DNA from: Callorhinchus milii
Lineage: Eukaryota
Assembly: GCF_018977255.1 (NCBI RefSeq)
Contig: NW_024704749.1
Location: 11,036,001-11,100,000, forward strand
DNA: 64,000 nucleotides
Direction: 5' to 3'
Shown here: piece by piece, positions 12,143 to 23,789 of the stretch
Numbering within the stretch: position 1 is the stretch's first letter
Layout of the letters: each line of letters opens with the position of its first letter
The notes under the pieces: model-generated
What the model was told of the DNA's origin: nothing
The model's input: the letters and a program-made list of their open reading frames with translations, nothing else
The model's database searches: none
Made by a program: the position numbers and the translations under genes

Positions 12143-15100
12143 GTTAGTGTTACTGGATTAGTAAGTGTTAACTCTTTAGTGACTGTTCGGTGCAGACTCA
12201 CCAGCATTCCCAGGGTTAATTTACAATCATAATCCTTCCGTTTGATACAGCGTCTTATCACGTTGGCGAGACGTCTCAAAGCGCTTCACAGGATATACTG
12301 TAAAATGTCGTGATTGTGTACTTTGTGGGCAAAATCTACACAGTAAACATATCCACAGTGTGAATCCACAGGGTGAAGCTACAGCTTGAATCTTAACAGG
12401 AATTCCTTGGCAGAGGTGTAGGCAATGGTGCGCTCCTCCTGAGAGCTCGGACCATATCGCTGGTGGATGGGAATTCCGAATAGGATTCCTCAACAAGACG
12501 CCATTAAGAAATAGCGCAGGATAAAGCCCCGTGAACAATGTTGGAAGCTGGTGATTTAAAGAAGCGGCGGGGAGGTGGGGGCGGGGGGGGGGGGCGGAAA
12601 GGGGAGGGTTACACAGCGTGGGGGTTAAACGGCAGCAGGTCTGCACAGAACAGTCTGATTAGTCACAGTTAATATGGTTAGTGAGGTTAGTAACACCAGA
12701 GCCCTTGTTCATTATTAGTTATTGGGTTAGACACACGCATATCCTGCAAACGGCAAAAAACACACACAGAGCACATGTCTACACGGGTTCGGGGACATCA
12801 GCAACCTATTAACCCTCCCCCCCCCCCCACCGCCCCTACCCCTTCAAAACACCCTGTGTCACCTGGAATTTCCTGCTTGCAAGCACTAAATTCCTCCTTA
12901 CAAACACTCAGCACACGACCGGGTGACTGCTAACCTCCCTGCGGCTGTGTGTAAAGGGACAAAGAAGAGGGAAAGCTTGCCAGACCGTGCTCTCAACGGC
13001 AAAGCTGTGTGGTCTTAGCTGGTCAGACTCCAGCAGTTGCCCCACAACGCACACTCTCCCAACTCCTTCCAAACCTTGGCTCTCACGCCAACCTGCGCCC
13101 GATACTCTCCGGAATTAGCTGAGCAGGATACGTCTCTCCAGAAAGAAGGAAAGAGAGAGAGAGAGAGAGAGCACATTTGCTTCCAACAATTTAGCTCTGG
13201 GATTTCCAAGTGTAGATGGAATGCAGGGAATTCTCAGTCGGGGTTTGGCACGGTGATGGGTTTCCGCGTGTGTCAAACACCCAGCTGACCCCAAACCCCC
13301 ACTGCAAAGTGTTGCGTAATAGTAACACAGCCTTGGGACCTGGGGTTTGGCCCCCACATGATTGGGGCTGGGTACCTGTTTCCCCCCCTTCCCCCCACAC
13401 TGCTCTCCCCCCACACCGCCCCAGTGCTGAGTGGCTATAGACAGGAATATTACTGCCTGAATATCCTGGAAATTCCCATACACTACAAAGCATTTAAAGG
13501 GACGCTGCCACCCTGCAGAGATTGGGGAGCCTTCCTCATCCAACCAGACCCGGTCACTCACTCACTCTGTCTGCTCATCACTGCCGTCAAACACCCAAGG
13601 TTTTACCCCGTCCGGGAATCGAACCCGGGACCTCTCCCTCCCTCCCGCCCTCCCCTCCGGAAAGCGATCCGCCAAGCCACTAACAACTTTAATGAAATAA
13701 AAAATAATAATGATTTAAAAACAATAATAATTAACGGCTGGAGGGTGGTCAGGGTGCCTACAGGATGGCACCGTGTGTCAAGAAGCAAAGAGGGGGAACG
13801 GGGGATACAGAAGGGTATTGAAGGGACCATTTAACAATATCTGGGTCGAATGTTCAAAGCTCCAGCTGTGTTAACATCTGCGGGGTTTACAGGCGGACAG
13901 AGGTGAAATACGGCTCTGGTGTGTTGGCAGAGAAAGGCTGAGGTGGGGGGGTTGGGGGCGAGGAGATACAGGAGCCAGGACAGCGTACCCAACCCTGTAC
14001 TCCCAGGTCTCCTGGGATTCTCGTTATTCCCAGGAACCTCTTACATACACTTCCCCTTCCTACTTTATCCTCGTCACATTCACAACACGTGACAGAAACA
14101 CACGGGTGTCACATTTGTCGTGTTCACAACACGTGACAGAAACACACGTGTCATCTTTGTCACACTTAAGCCCGACTCATGGGGTGGGGGTGGTGGTGTG
14201 GGTGGGAGGCAGAAAGAGAAATGAAGGGTGGGGGGGGACTGGGATTCATCCCAAATAAGGCAGCGTCCCTTTCAACAGCGGAAAAGTGGAGTCGAGGTGT
14301 GTGGAAACGGTGCTTTTTACAAACAAAAACATATAAAGACCAGAGTGTAAAAAAAAAAGATTTTTTAAAAAACAATCCGCACACACCCCTCCCCCTCAGG
14401 GAGATTGCGTCGAAGACACGACACGCATGCATTGCAAAGCTTTGGGGGCCTTCGCCCTCCAATGTTAGTATGCGGTTCACTATTAGTCGTGTTAGTAACC
14501 GTTAGTAAAAATGGCCAGCGATGGATCACTGGCTTGAGGGCAAGGGATTAGTACCTGTTCTCTTGGAGCTAAGATATCAGCCCTCACAAAGGAAATACAT
14601 TAGAGTTTTCTGTGTCTCCCTCTCTCTCTCTCTCGATCTCTCTCTCCGCAATAACCCAGTCCCCAGCCTCTGGTCCGTGTCTGTAACCTGTTTAGGACTG
14701 ACTGAGTATTGCCTCAACACAATCAGTGCTACACAAGTTCCCTTGACAATCTCTGGGCTCGTCCTGTGGTTGGAACAGTGGCTGGCACACTGCGGCAGTG
14801 TGTGTGTGTGTGAGGCTGCGGAAATAATACTATTAATAATATTCCTCGAGACGTCTCGAAGCGCTTCACAGGATATATCCCGTAAAGTGGAGTGACTGTG
14901 TATTTTGTGGGCCCATCCAATTGTGCACAGCGGGCGTCCCACAATCAGCCGTGGATCGAGTGACTCAATTATTATTTTTTTCAAGGGATTTTTGTGAGGG
15001 GGAATTCACTGGACAGTGTTTGCGTTCAGTCACCCACATCCCCCTCAAAACGTGTCTGTGATCCCCTCTTTGCCCAGCGCTTTGGGACGTCCTCCCGACG

Positions 15101-18100
15101 TGAAAGCCACTCTACAATTACAAGGGCAGTTGCTTTGAGGTGAGCTCACAGAGAGTGAGTCCCTGGGTTTAGGTAACTCTTGATGCAGTGATACAGTCTG
15201 CAGGCCGCTGTGTGAAACATAGGGCACGTTTGGGTTTATTTGCCTTTGCTCTATGCCCCTAAACCCCAGCTCCGCACCCCTTCCCTTCTCTCCCCCCTTC
15301 CCCCCGGGTATGGCTTAGCCATCAGGAAGGCAGAGTGCGGTCATTGGCACACACTGGAAGTGGCATCATTGTCGACGTGATGCCCCGGATGTGTGATCGT
15401 GGCCATTTTTCCCCCAGACCCGGGGCGGTGGATATTAAAGATGAGATTGGCGTACAATACGCTGTGCTAAGACGCAGGGCAACACCTTGTGTTGAGACCC
15501 TGAGCAACATCTTAGTGGTCGCTGGCCAATTGGAATGAGAGCTTCATTGGGGTGAGCTTTCTGGGGAGGAAGCCATCAACAGGGGCAAATGTAGATCATT
15601 TACACCACGAACAAAAGCCCCAATCAAGGGACTCACTCCCTTCATTCACACAACATCGGCCTGAGATTGTATTAGCTGCGTTGGAACAGAAGAGCACAGG
15701 TCAAACCAGGACACAGGACACGATCAAAACCGGCATTGAAACTGGGTCAGGCTGAGAAAGGGTTCAAGCGTAAACAATCACAACACCAATCGTGGGAATA
15801 AATATTAAGAATAATAATAAAAATAATAATAATCCTTGCATTGGATGTATCCCCGTCATCAACCATCGTCGAGACGGGTGGGGGGGATTTTCGGCCAGGA
15901 CACCGCGAGAGAGAAACTCCCTTCTCTTTTCGAAAAGGGTCGCGGGACATTCAATTCCAGATTTTTTTTAGATTTTAAGGGGGAGCGGAAGGTTAGCAAG
16001 AAGCGGTTGAGAGACACAGAAAACCTCCGACAGGCTTCAAATAACAATTAGTACTCATTAGTATGTGTTAATTTGGTTAGTGCATGCAGCGATTTAGTAC
16101 AGAGCAACCTCTGAGCTCTGATATTATTGTGAGTTAATCCATGCAGTTTTTATAACACACTTTTTTAGGGACTGTATTTGGCAAAGTGATTTTAATTGAA
16201 AGAGCAGAGAGAGAGAGAGAAAGAGAGAGAGAAAAGCACCACCGATCTCTGCTGGGACGAACATTCGCACCAGCGAATAAGACTATTTACATTCTGCTGA
16301 TCAGTCTCTTTCTCTCGCTCTCCTCAAGTGGAAAGGATTAATAATAATAATAATAATAATCCTTGCATTTGAAATAGCGCCTTATCACTTTGCTGAGACG
16401 TCTCAAAGTGCTTCACAAAATATATTGTGAAGTGGGTTCACTGTGTAATTTGAGGGCGAAACGCGGCAGCCAATTGCACACAGCAGCGTTCCCACAAACC
16501 GTCGTGGATCGAGTGGCCACATTTTTTTTGGAGGGATTATTATCCCCAGAAAGCGATCAGCCAAATGACTAACAACTGAATTCCTGTTACTGCTGCGTAA
16601 ACGGAGGCGCGTGGAGTCAGGAAACTTGTGTAACCTTTCGCCCCGCCCGGGAATTGAACCCACTACGGGACGCGATAAATTAAGGGAATGAAGTGTGTTA
16701 TAAATCCGTTAGTGAATCAAACGTCATTCACCCCGCTCTCACCCCCGTCCCTCTCTCTCTCTCTCTCTCTGGGTTAAAGACGGCAGCGTTTGCTAGCCTG
16801 TTATCTCAACAGGCTGGCAAACTGGCTCAATAGAGCCAGCCTAGACCCTGGGCAGGATATCTCCCCTCGTCACTTGTTCCCCAATAAGAAGCTGCGTAAA
16901 ACAAACAATTGGTTATTGCAAGTTATTGTAAAATCACATCAGGTTCGGGCCTGGATTGGAACCCAACCTGGTTGAATATGTTGCCATCACACTAACGCGT
17001 ACATAATGACCACTTGGGGTGAGGTATTGGAGAGCGTTGAGGGTTCTTGCTGATGTCCGTGGAACCATAATCTGAGGGAAGGAAAGATTGGAGGGAAATA
17101 TTAAGCGATTGAAGAACACACTCTGATCTACGTTACAGCTTCCGCTGTCCATTCCGTGACATCGTTTCCTAGCGGCTTCTTGTTCTTTAATCGGGCTCCA
17201 ATGAGCCCCTAAGGTCCTGAAATTCCTCGTGCTCCTAGACTCAAGACCCCTCACTCAGTTTTAATTGGGGTTCCAGTTTTCCACAGGGCATTTCCCCCCC
17301 CTACCAAGTCTGAGTTTAAAAATCTTCCAAAAATTCAGTGTGGTGCTAAAATTTGGGAGAATGAAACTCCTTGTTTCCAACAGCGCTGCGTTGGGAGATC
17401 TTTAACGTCCACCTAAACGGAGCGCAGATGGGGAGTGGTTTAGCGTCTCGTCTGAAGGACGAACACCTCCGGCAATGCTTCGCTCTCTCCTCTCCCCCCC
17501 CACTCCCCTCAGCTTGAACCCACAACCTTCTGACTCAAGAGTTGAGAGCGCGACCGACTGGCTGAGAAGCTTATAGACGAACCAGTTAATCTCAGTTAGT
17601 AAAGAGTTTACTCAATCAAAATTAGTAAAGGTTAGTGTCTGTTAGTGCTGGTTAGTAGCAATGCATTAGATAGGAACACGTCACATCTGTTTCAGGTCCT
17701 CTTTGTCCCCAGGTTTGTCTTAACTGCTCAGATACAAGCGAGACGCAGGTGCTGGTGTTTTGGGTTTGGTATCTGAAACAAACCTTGCTTTTAAACACAT
17801 CGAGATGTCTCGGGCAGGTTGCCCAGTGACTTACTTTGAAGTGCAGTTACTTTTTCTGTAGGCAAACTTAACAACAATAATAATCCTGGCATTTGACACA
17901 GCGCCTTATCACGTCTTCGGGACGCCTCAAAGCGCTTCACAGAATACACTGTAAAGTGAATTGACGGTGTATTTTGTGGGCAAAACGTAGCCAATCGCAC
18001 GCAGCAGCGTCCTACAAACAGTCGTGGATTGAATAACCAAATGATTCTTTTTTTGGAGGGTTTATTACACCAGGAAGGCAATCCGCCAATCGACTAACAA

Positions 18101-20168
18101 CCAGGTTCCTACCTACTGCTGGGTAAACAGAGGCGTGTGTGTGGAGTAGGGAAACTTGCCTAAGGTTTCGCCTCATTTGGGAATCGAACCCGGGTTCTCT
18201 CGGGTGCTAACCACTGCGCTGCAGGATTCCACGTGATGCTGACTCTGGGCTCAGTCTCGCTACCCGACTTTCCTCTCGCCCTCCCCTAACGGTGTGGGTA
18301 ACACGAAGAGCTCCTGATCAGGAAGGAACGCACGAGCGTTCCACAAACACAATCCGCTGTTATCAAGCCAAGAGGCAAGTCGCAAGGGACAATATAATTA
18401 GTAGCAAAGTACAGGGTAATTATAGCAGGGGAAAGAACAGGCCCACGTAACTGCCGATGACTGGCAACGTTTACCAACCAGGCTGGATATTATTCAACTT
18501 CAGCTTCTGTTGGCAAAACACCTATTGTTCCTTCATTATTTTTCTCAAACACAGAGAATGCTGCTCCAATGGAATGAGCTCAGGCACTTCCCAAGTACAC
18601 AATTAATCTCAATCTAAGGAGCTTTCTGTCCACCTCTTCCCACCTCTCTCTCGCCGTCTCTCTCTCTCTCTCTCTCTCCCTCAGAGCTCTGAAGTGGGAT
18701 TTCCTGTAAAGTAATATGAACGGGAATGTTTGGAATTTCCGCTATTTGGCTGACAACCAGATTCCTACTTACTGCTGGGAAACAGAGGCGTGCGGAGTAA
18801 GGAAGCTTGCCCAAGGTTTTGCCCACCTGGGAATCAAAGCCGGGTAGTCTCGCTTGCGAAGTGAGTGAGTGCTCTAACCATTAAACTACAGGACCTCTTA
18901 AAATGACACCCGACTGCAAAGTGTTACACTGCACCAAAACTCAGTATTATTAGGCTGTTAATAACTGGAAATGTTAGTATCAGATTCAGCATCACTTAAG
19001 AATATGCGAGCAAACATGCATTGGTTGGGTTAGTACAAGAGTAGAATATTCCAAGGCAGTCACTAATAGCAAAGGATTCACTCATATAATAATAATAATA
19101 ATCGTTGCGTTTGGTACGGCGCCTTATCACGTCGTTGAGACGTCTCAAAGCGCTTCACAGAATATACTGTAAAGTGAATTGACTGTATATTTTGATCCAA
19201 TTGTGCACAGCAGTGTCCCACAAATAGTCATGGATTGAGTGACCAAATTATTATTAATATTTTGTTTTTTTGATTGTTTTATTACCCCCGGTTAGTGATC
19301 CACTAATCGACTAACAACTGAGTTCCTACTATCATTGCTGTGTTGAGATTCTATGAAAGCACATTATGTTCTGTTGCAACTCCAGTCAAGTTGTTCAGCT
19401 GTTGCTTTTTCCTTCACATAATTTACCAGTGAATTGGGGCCTTGAGCAATGATCTTCTGAGGTGCGGAATCAGATTAAGGGGATTTGGATTAGAGCTGCT
19501 TTGTGTATTTCTAATATTCATTTATGTGAGTAACTAAATGCAGTTTCTGCTTCAGAGTGTATCGTAGTCATACAACGGCAATCTGTCTCCGGGCAGGAGA
19601 GGCAGGAGAACTGAGAGGCACAAGATGCTGTGAACTCCCTGACTGTAATAACTGTATTCCTCTTTCTACAATTGCCGCTCTTAGACTGAGTACTGGAAGG
19701 AAAATAACATTGGGCACCGCTGATGATAGCACAGCCCAACCTGACTCATCGGCAGGCCTTGGCAGGGCAGACCAGTCACTGGGGGCAGGGAATCCTCCCA
19801 CCTCAACTCCTGTTAACCCTGCAGCCAAAGCCCTGATGGATAGCAAGGGAATGGGGTTAGAGTAGAGAGCTCCAGTGGGGGAGCGAGCACCAGCACCGAC
19901 ACTAAATGACCTTCTGTGCTGTGAAATTTCGATATTTTATCCACAAGTTGAGAGCGAGAAGATTACTCAGTGACGGTCTCAGTATAATCTAAGAGGGTAT
20001 AATCTTGATGAGCTCCATCTCATAAAGAAAGAGATAAATTAGTAAAAGATGAATCTGGGTTAGTACAACATTAATCTGTTAGTAAAACCTCTTTGGAGGT
20101 TCAGTCAGATCTTGCAGTGTTAATACGTTAATTTCAGGTTATAGAAACAGGTTAGTGAAGTAGTTAGT
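12143..20168 (-). repeat. Dispersed clusters of (T)ACTAAY (SF1 branch-point-like / QKI motif)
   Basis: Plus-strand GTTAGTA at 12686, 14464, 14491, 14501, 17595, 17651, 18973, 19029, 20059, 20078. Further GTTAGT at 12143, 12677, 16076, 16708, 17631, 17641, 19291, 20151, 20163. ATTAGT at 12157, 12658, 12714, 14482, 14547, 16047, 16057, 17621, 18397, 20038. Counted by eye. Confidence 0.9.
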
Positions 20169-21824
20169 GTTACCTTTCTCTTAAAAAGCATTGTTCTTTG
20201 TCTAACGCACTGGGGAGAGCAATGCAAACAGAATCCATCTGTCCTCACCCATTCCCCGCACACACATGCATCACCCAAAGGCCTCACTGCACCATAGCCA
20301 AGCATGTCTCCTTCCTGGCCCAGGGACACTGAAGCCAATCGCTCTGTACTCCCACTTGAGAGCCCTGGAGATCAGCCAACGCAGCAAGTATGGGCCACTG
20401 CCCCTCCCCATCCCATTCCTTCCCCCGCCCCACCCCATCTGGGTTGCTCAGTCTCACACTGGTTTGTGCTTTTACCAACTGAGATGAATGCAACTTTGTT
20501 GGGAACCATTTCGCTTTGAATCGCTCCGGTTGTGGGGAACATTGCTCAAGTAGTATCTGCTTACAGAATTCCCTGTAACAGAGGAACCCAGACACCAAGA
20601 GAAACTCGGATGGGAAATGCATAGACACAAGACACAGGACAGCTTCTGTGAGCTCGTTGGACCAAATGGCCTCTTCTCACTCTGTATCCTCATGTCTTGT
20701 CTTGTGCTCCCGAAGGCAGTGATATCCGTTCCGGCTCCGATCGCCAGCAGTGCCTGATGTAACTGCTCCAGACTGTCCCTAACCCACAGCTGTCAATCTG
20801 ACAACCTCAGCCTCCAAAACTCAGAATGATCTCAGTCTCTGTGGTTGAGACCCTAAATTTAAACCCTTCACCTGATAACAACAATCCTCGGGGAGCTTGC
20901 CCTGCCCTGGAGACCCAGATCTTTGCTTGTGTTACCAACCCAGAGGCATCTTAATAACAAGAGATTGCATTAACCATCAACACACAGTCTCACGCACAGC
21001 CTCACGGAGCAGGTCAGAGGATGGGAGCCCATCTCACAATTCAGATGATATCTCTCAAAGCCTCCAGGCTTTTTCCACTTGTGGAACTGAGGACATCTGA
21101 ATGGCTCTCTGCCTTGGACAATCCACCCCACCCCACCAGAGATGCCTTGCTCAGCACATCTGTACACAATGATCTTGTCTCGCCTTAGAAACCACTGCAA
21201 ACCATGGGCTTGTCAACGCCATCGACTGTGCCTTTCACTCGGGCGCTCTCTCTCTTGGCTCCTGGTCCACATCCTCTCTCTCTCGCCCCCTCTCCCTCTC
21301 CTTTGCCTCGCTGCCTCAGGGCGCCAATCGGGGTTCCCACATCCACGTCAAAGGGAATGGTCACTCCAGGACTTGCCAATGCTGGACTGACCTGCAAGAT
21401 ATGGAAGAGATGGTCAGTCATTATCAATGGTGTTCTGGCCTTGGGATTCAGATAACACACGCAGGAATCTCTCTCTCTCTCTCTTTCTCCCAGCAGTTTC
21501 AGGGCGTAGTGGCTGAAGGCCCGGCCATCAATGGTGGAGCAGAGGGCACGAGGGACAAGCAGGAGGCCGGAAGCCAGTCGAGCGGAGGCAGCCGGAAGTG
21601 GGTTGGGGAGTAAGCAAGTGGGAGAGATAGGTGGGGTGCCAGGGCGTGAAGGGATTTGAAGACAGATTACCTCCTCACCGAGACATCCTCACACTCCCAG
21701 TCACCGGGGCGTCCCAGCCGAGCTCCATCACACTCACTGGAAGGAGAAAAATGTGGGAAAAGAAAATAAATTGAACATTCACGCCAGACTTGACAACATT
21801 CCTACATCAGCTGGGAGCTCAACT

Positions 21825-22115
21825 CAGTCAGTCGGTCTTGGCTGATGTTCCAGCACAGTGCTGGGGTGGGTGGGGGCGAACACCGCATTGTCAGAGGTGC
21901 CGTCCTTCAGATGGGATGTTAAACTGAGCTCCCGTCTGTGCGCTGTTCAGATGGACAATAAAGATCCCATTGCACTACTCCGAAAGAGAAGAGAGTTTCT
22001 CTCTCCCCCTCGGTGTCCCCCTGAGAGAGAGCGAGAGAGAGACAATAATTGGTCAGGCACTGGCTGTTTGTGGACTGCTGCTACGTGCAAATTGGCTGCC
22101 GCATTCACCTACAAG
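21825..22115 (+). mobile_element. Deu-domain SINE (SacSINE1/AmnSINE1-related) fragment
   Basis: GAGGTGCCGTCCTTCAGATGGGATGTTAAACTGAG...GATGGAC..AAAGATCCCATTGCACTA...GGTGTCC resembles the Deu-SINE central domain as I recall it. Related copies at about 10280-10600 (-), 17370-17570 (-), 35590-35750 (+), 49810-49970 (-), 58690-58850 (+). Confidence 0.6.
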
Positions 22116-23789
22116 ATACACCATCACTGTTCACACAATCATGCATACGTGCAGACACAGACCCTGGTGTGTGTGCATGTGTATGTGTATGTGTATGTGT
22201 GTGTACGTGTCACTGCTGACCCCATGAGCTAAGCCACATCAATCCCATCAGTTTCAAACAGCCTTGGTTAAAGGTGACACTAAGGTAAGATCCAGCTCCA
22301 GCCTCCACTCTGTGGCGTTACAGGCCAGATGGACGCAATAGCTCTTTTTTTTCTCTCTCTCTCTCTCTCTCTCATTTTTTTTGTTACAAACTCCAATCTG
22401 GGATTTGCCAGCCAACAAAGAGGTCAGGGCTCTCAGCGAAAGGAAGGGATTTGATGCACTCACAGGACGCAAAGATGAGGGAGTTTGAGTGGAATGTGGT
22501 GGGTGGAAAGAGGATTTTTTTTTGGCTGAGATCATCTCTGACGGTTTAATTGCTGTGCGCAATTGGCTGCCGCGTTCGCCCACAAATATACAGTCAATTC
22601 ACTTTACAGTGTGTTCTGTGAAGCGCTTTGGGACATCCTCCCGACGTGAAAAGCGCTATATCAAATGCAAGGATTATTATTATTATTATTATTATTATTA
22701 ACCCCTGGAGAGAAACCAAGAGGCCAGAGGGGAGCTGCGAATGATGGTGGCAACTGTCCTCTCCTCACCCCTCCCTTCCCATCGCTTGCTAATCCCCAGT
22801 CACTCCGAGTCCCGAATTAAACTGCTAAATTGAAATGACAAGCGAAGAAGAATCTAAGTGCTATTAGGCAGATCTGGGCTGACGTTGCAATTTAATTAGT
22901 TTTATATTTGATGTAGCTGTTGCCCTCCCCTCCCCTCTCCCTCTCTCTCTCTCACTTTCCCCTTCTCATCTTTTTTAAAATTGAGATAACGTGTCTAGCT
23001 ACATAGGAACAGGAAGAGGCCATTCAGCCCCTCGAGTCTGTTCCGCCATTCTATTGGATCACGGCTGATCTGTATCTCAATTCCAATTATTGCGTTACAT
23101 TTAATCCTAAATCATAAACCCTTGCATTTGATATAGGGCCTCATCACATAGTCGAGACGTCTCAAAGTGCTTCACAGGATATACTGTAACGTGTAGTGAC
23201 TGTGTATTTTGTGGGACAAACGCGGCAGCCAATTGCGCCCAGCAGTGTCCCCGCAAACAACCATGAAACGAGTGACCAATGTTATCTGGAGGTTGAACCC
23301 AGCAATCCAATAATCTACAGGACCCCTATGTTTTATAGGATTTATAGATGAAGGTGAGACCTTGAACTCGGTCCGTTGGGTGACAGGGAGACAGCGGGTC
23401 TTGGTGAGGATGGGCGTGATGGGTGTGCGAAGCTGCGGTAGGGAGGAGGGAGGAGAAATAAATGGCAAGAAAAAAAGGCCGCTTTTTCATTAACTGTGAT
23501 GAACTGTCAGCAGGAAGTGTGGTTACATGGTGTGAATTACAAGTCTATTTGCAGGCCGGCGCTATAACCAGCTGATAGCTTGAAGCAAATGTCAGCAACA
23601 CGCACTTTTCTCTCTCTCTCTCTCTCCCCCTCTTCGTGGAGTCACGTGCAGAGCACACGGCAGCACACAGCAGTGCGAACACGCAGTGGGGGAGGGACAG
23701 ATCCACAGATTAACGCCTTCGACCGTTCCCCCCGCCCCTGCTCACACTTCTGTGCACTACTTCTTGACTGCCTGACTACACCACATTCT

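Noticed and set aside
12227-12646. 139-aa minus-strand ORF after an acceptor-like site
   Set aside because: No recognisable homology and it runs into a SINE; treated as part of the putative lncRNA.
15322-15538. Exon-like unique sequence with 62-67 aa ORFs on both strands
   Set aside because: No convincing splice sites or protein similarity in the frames examined.
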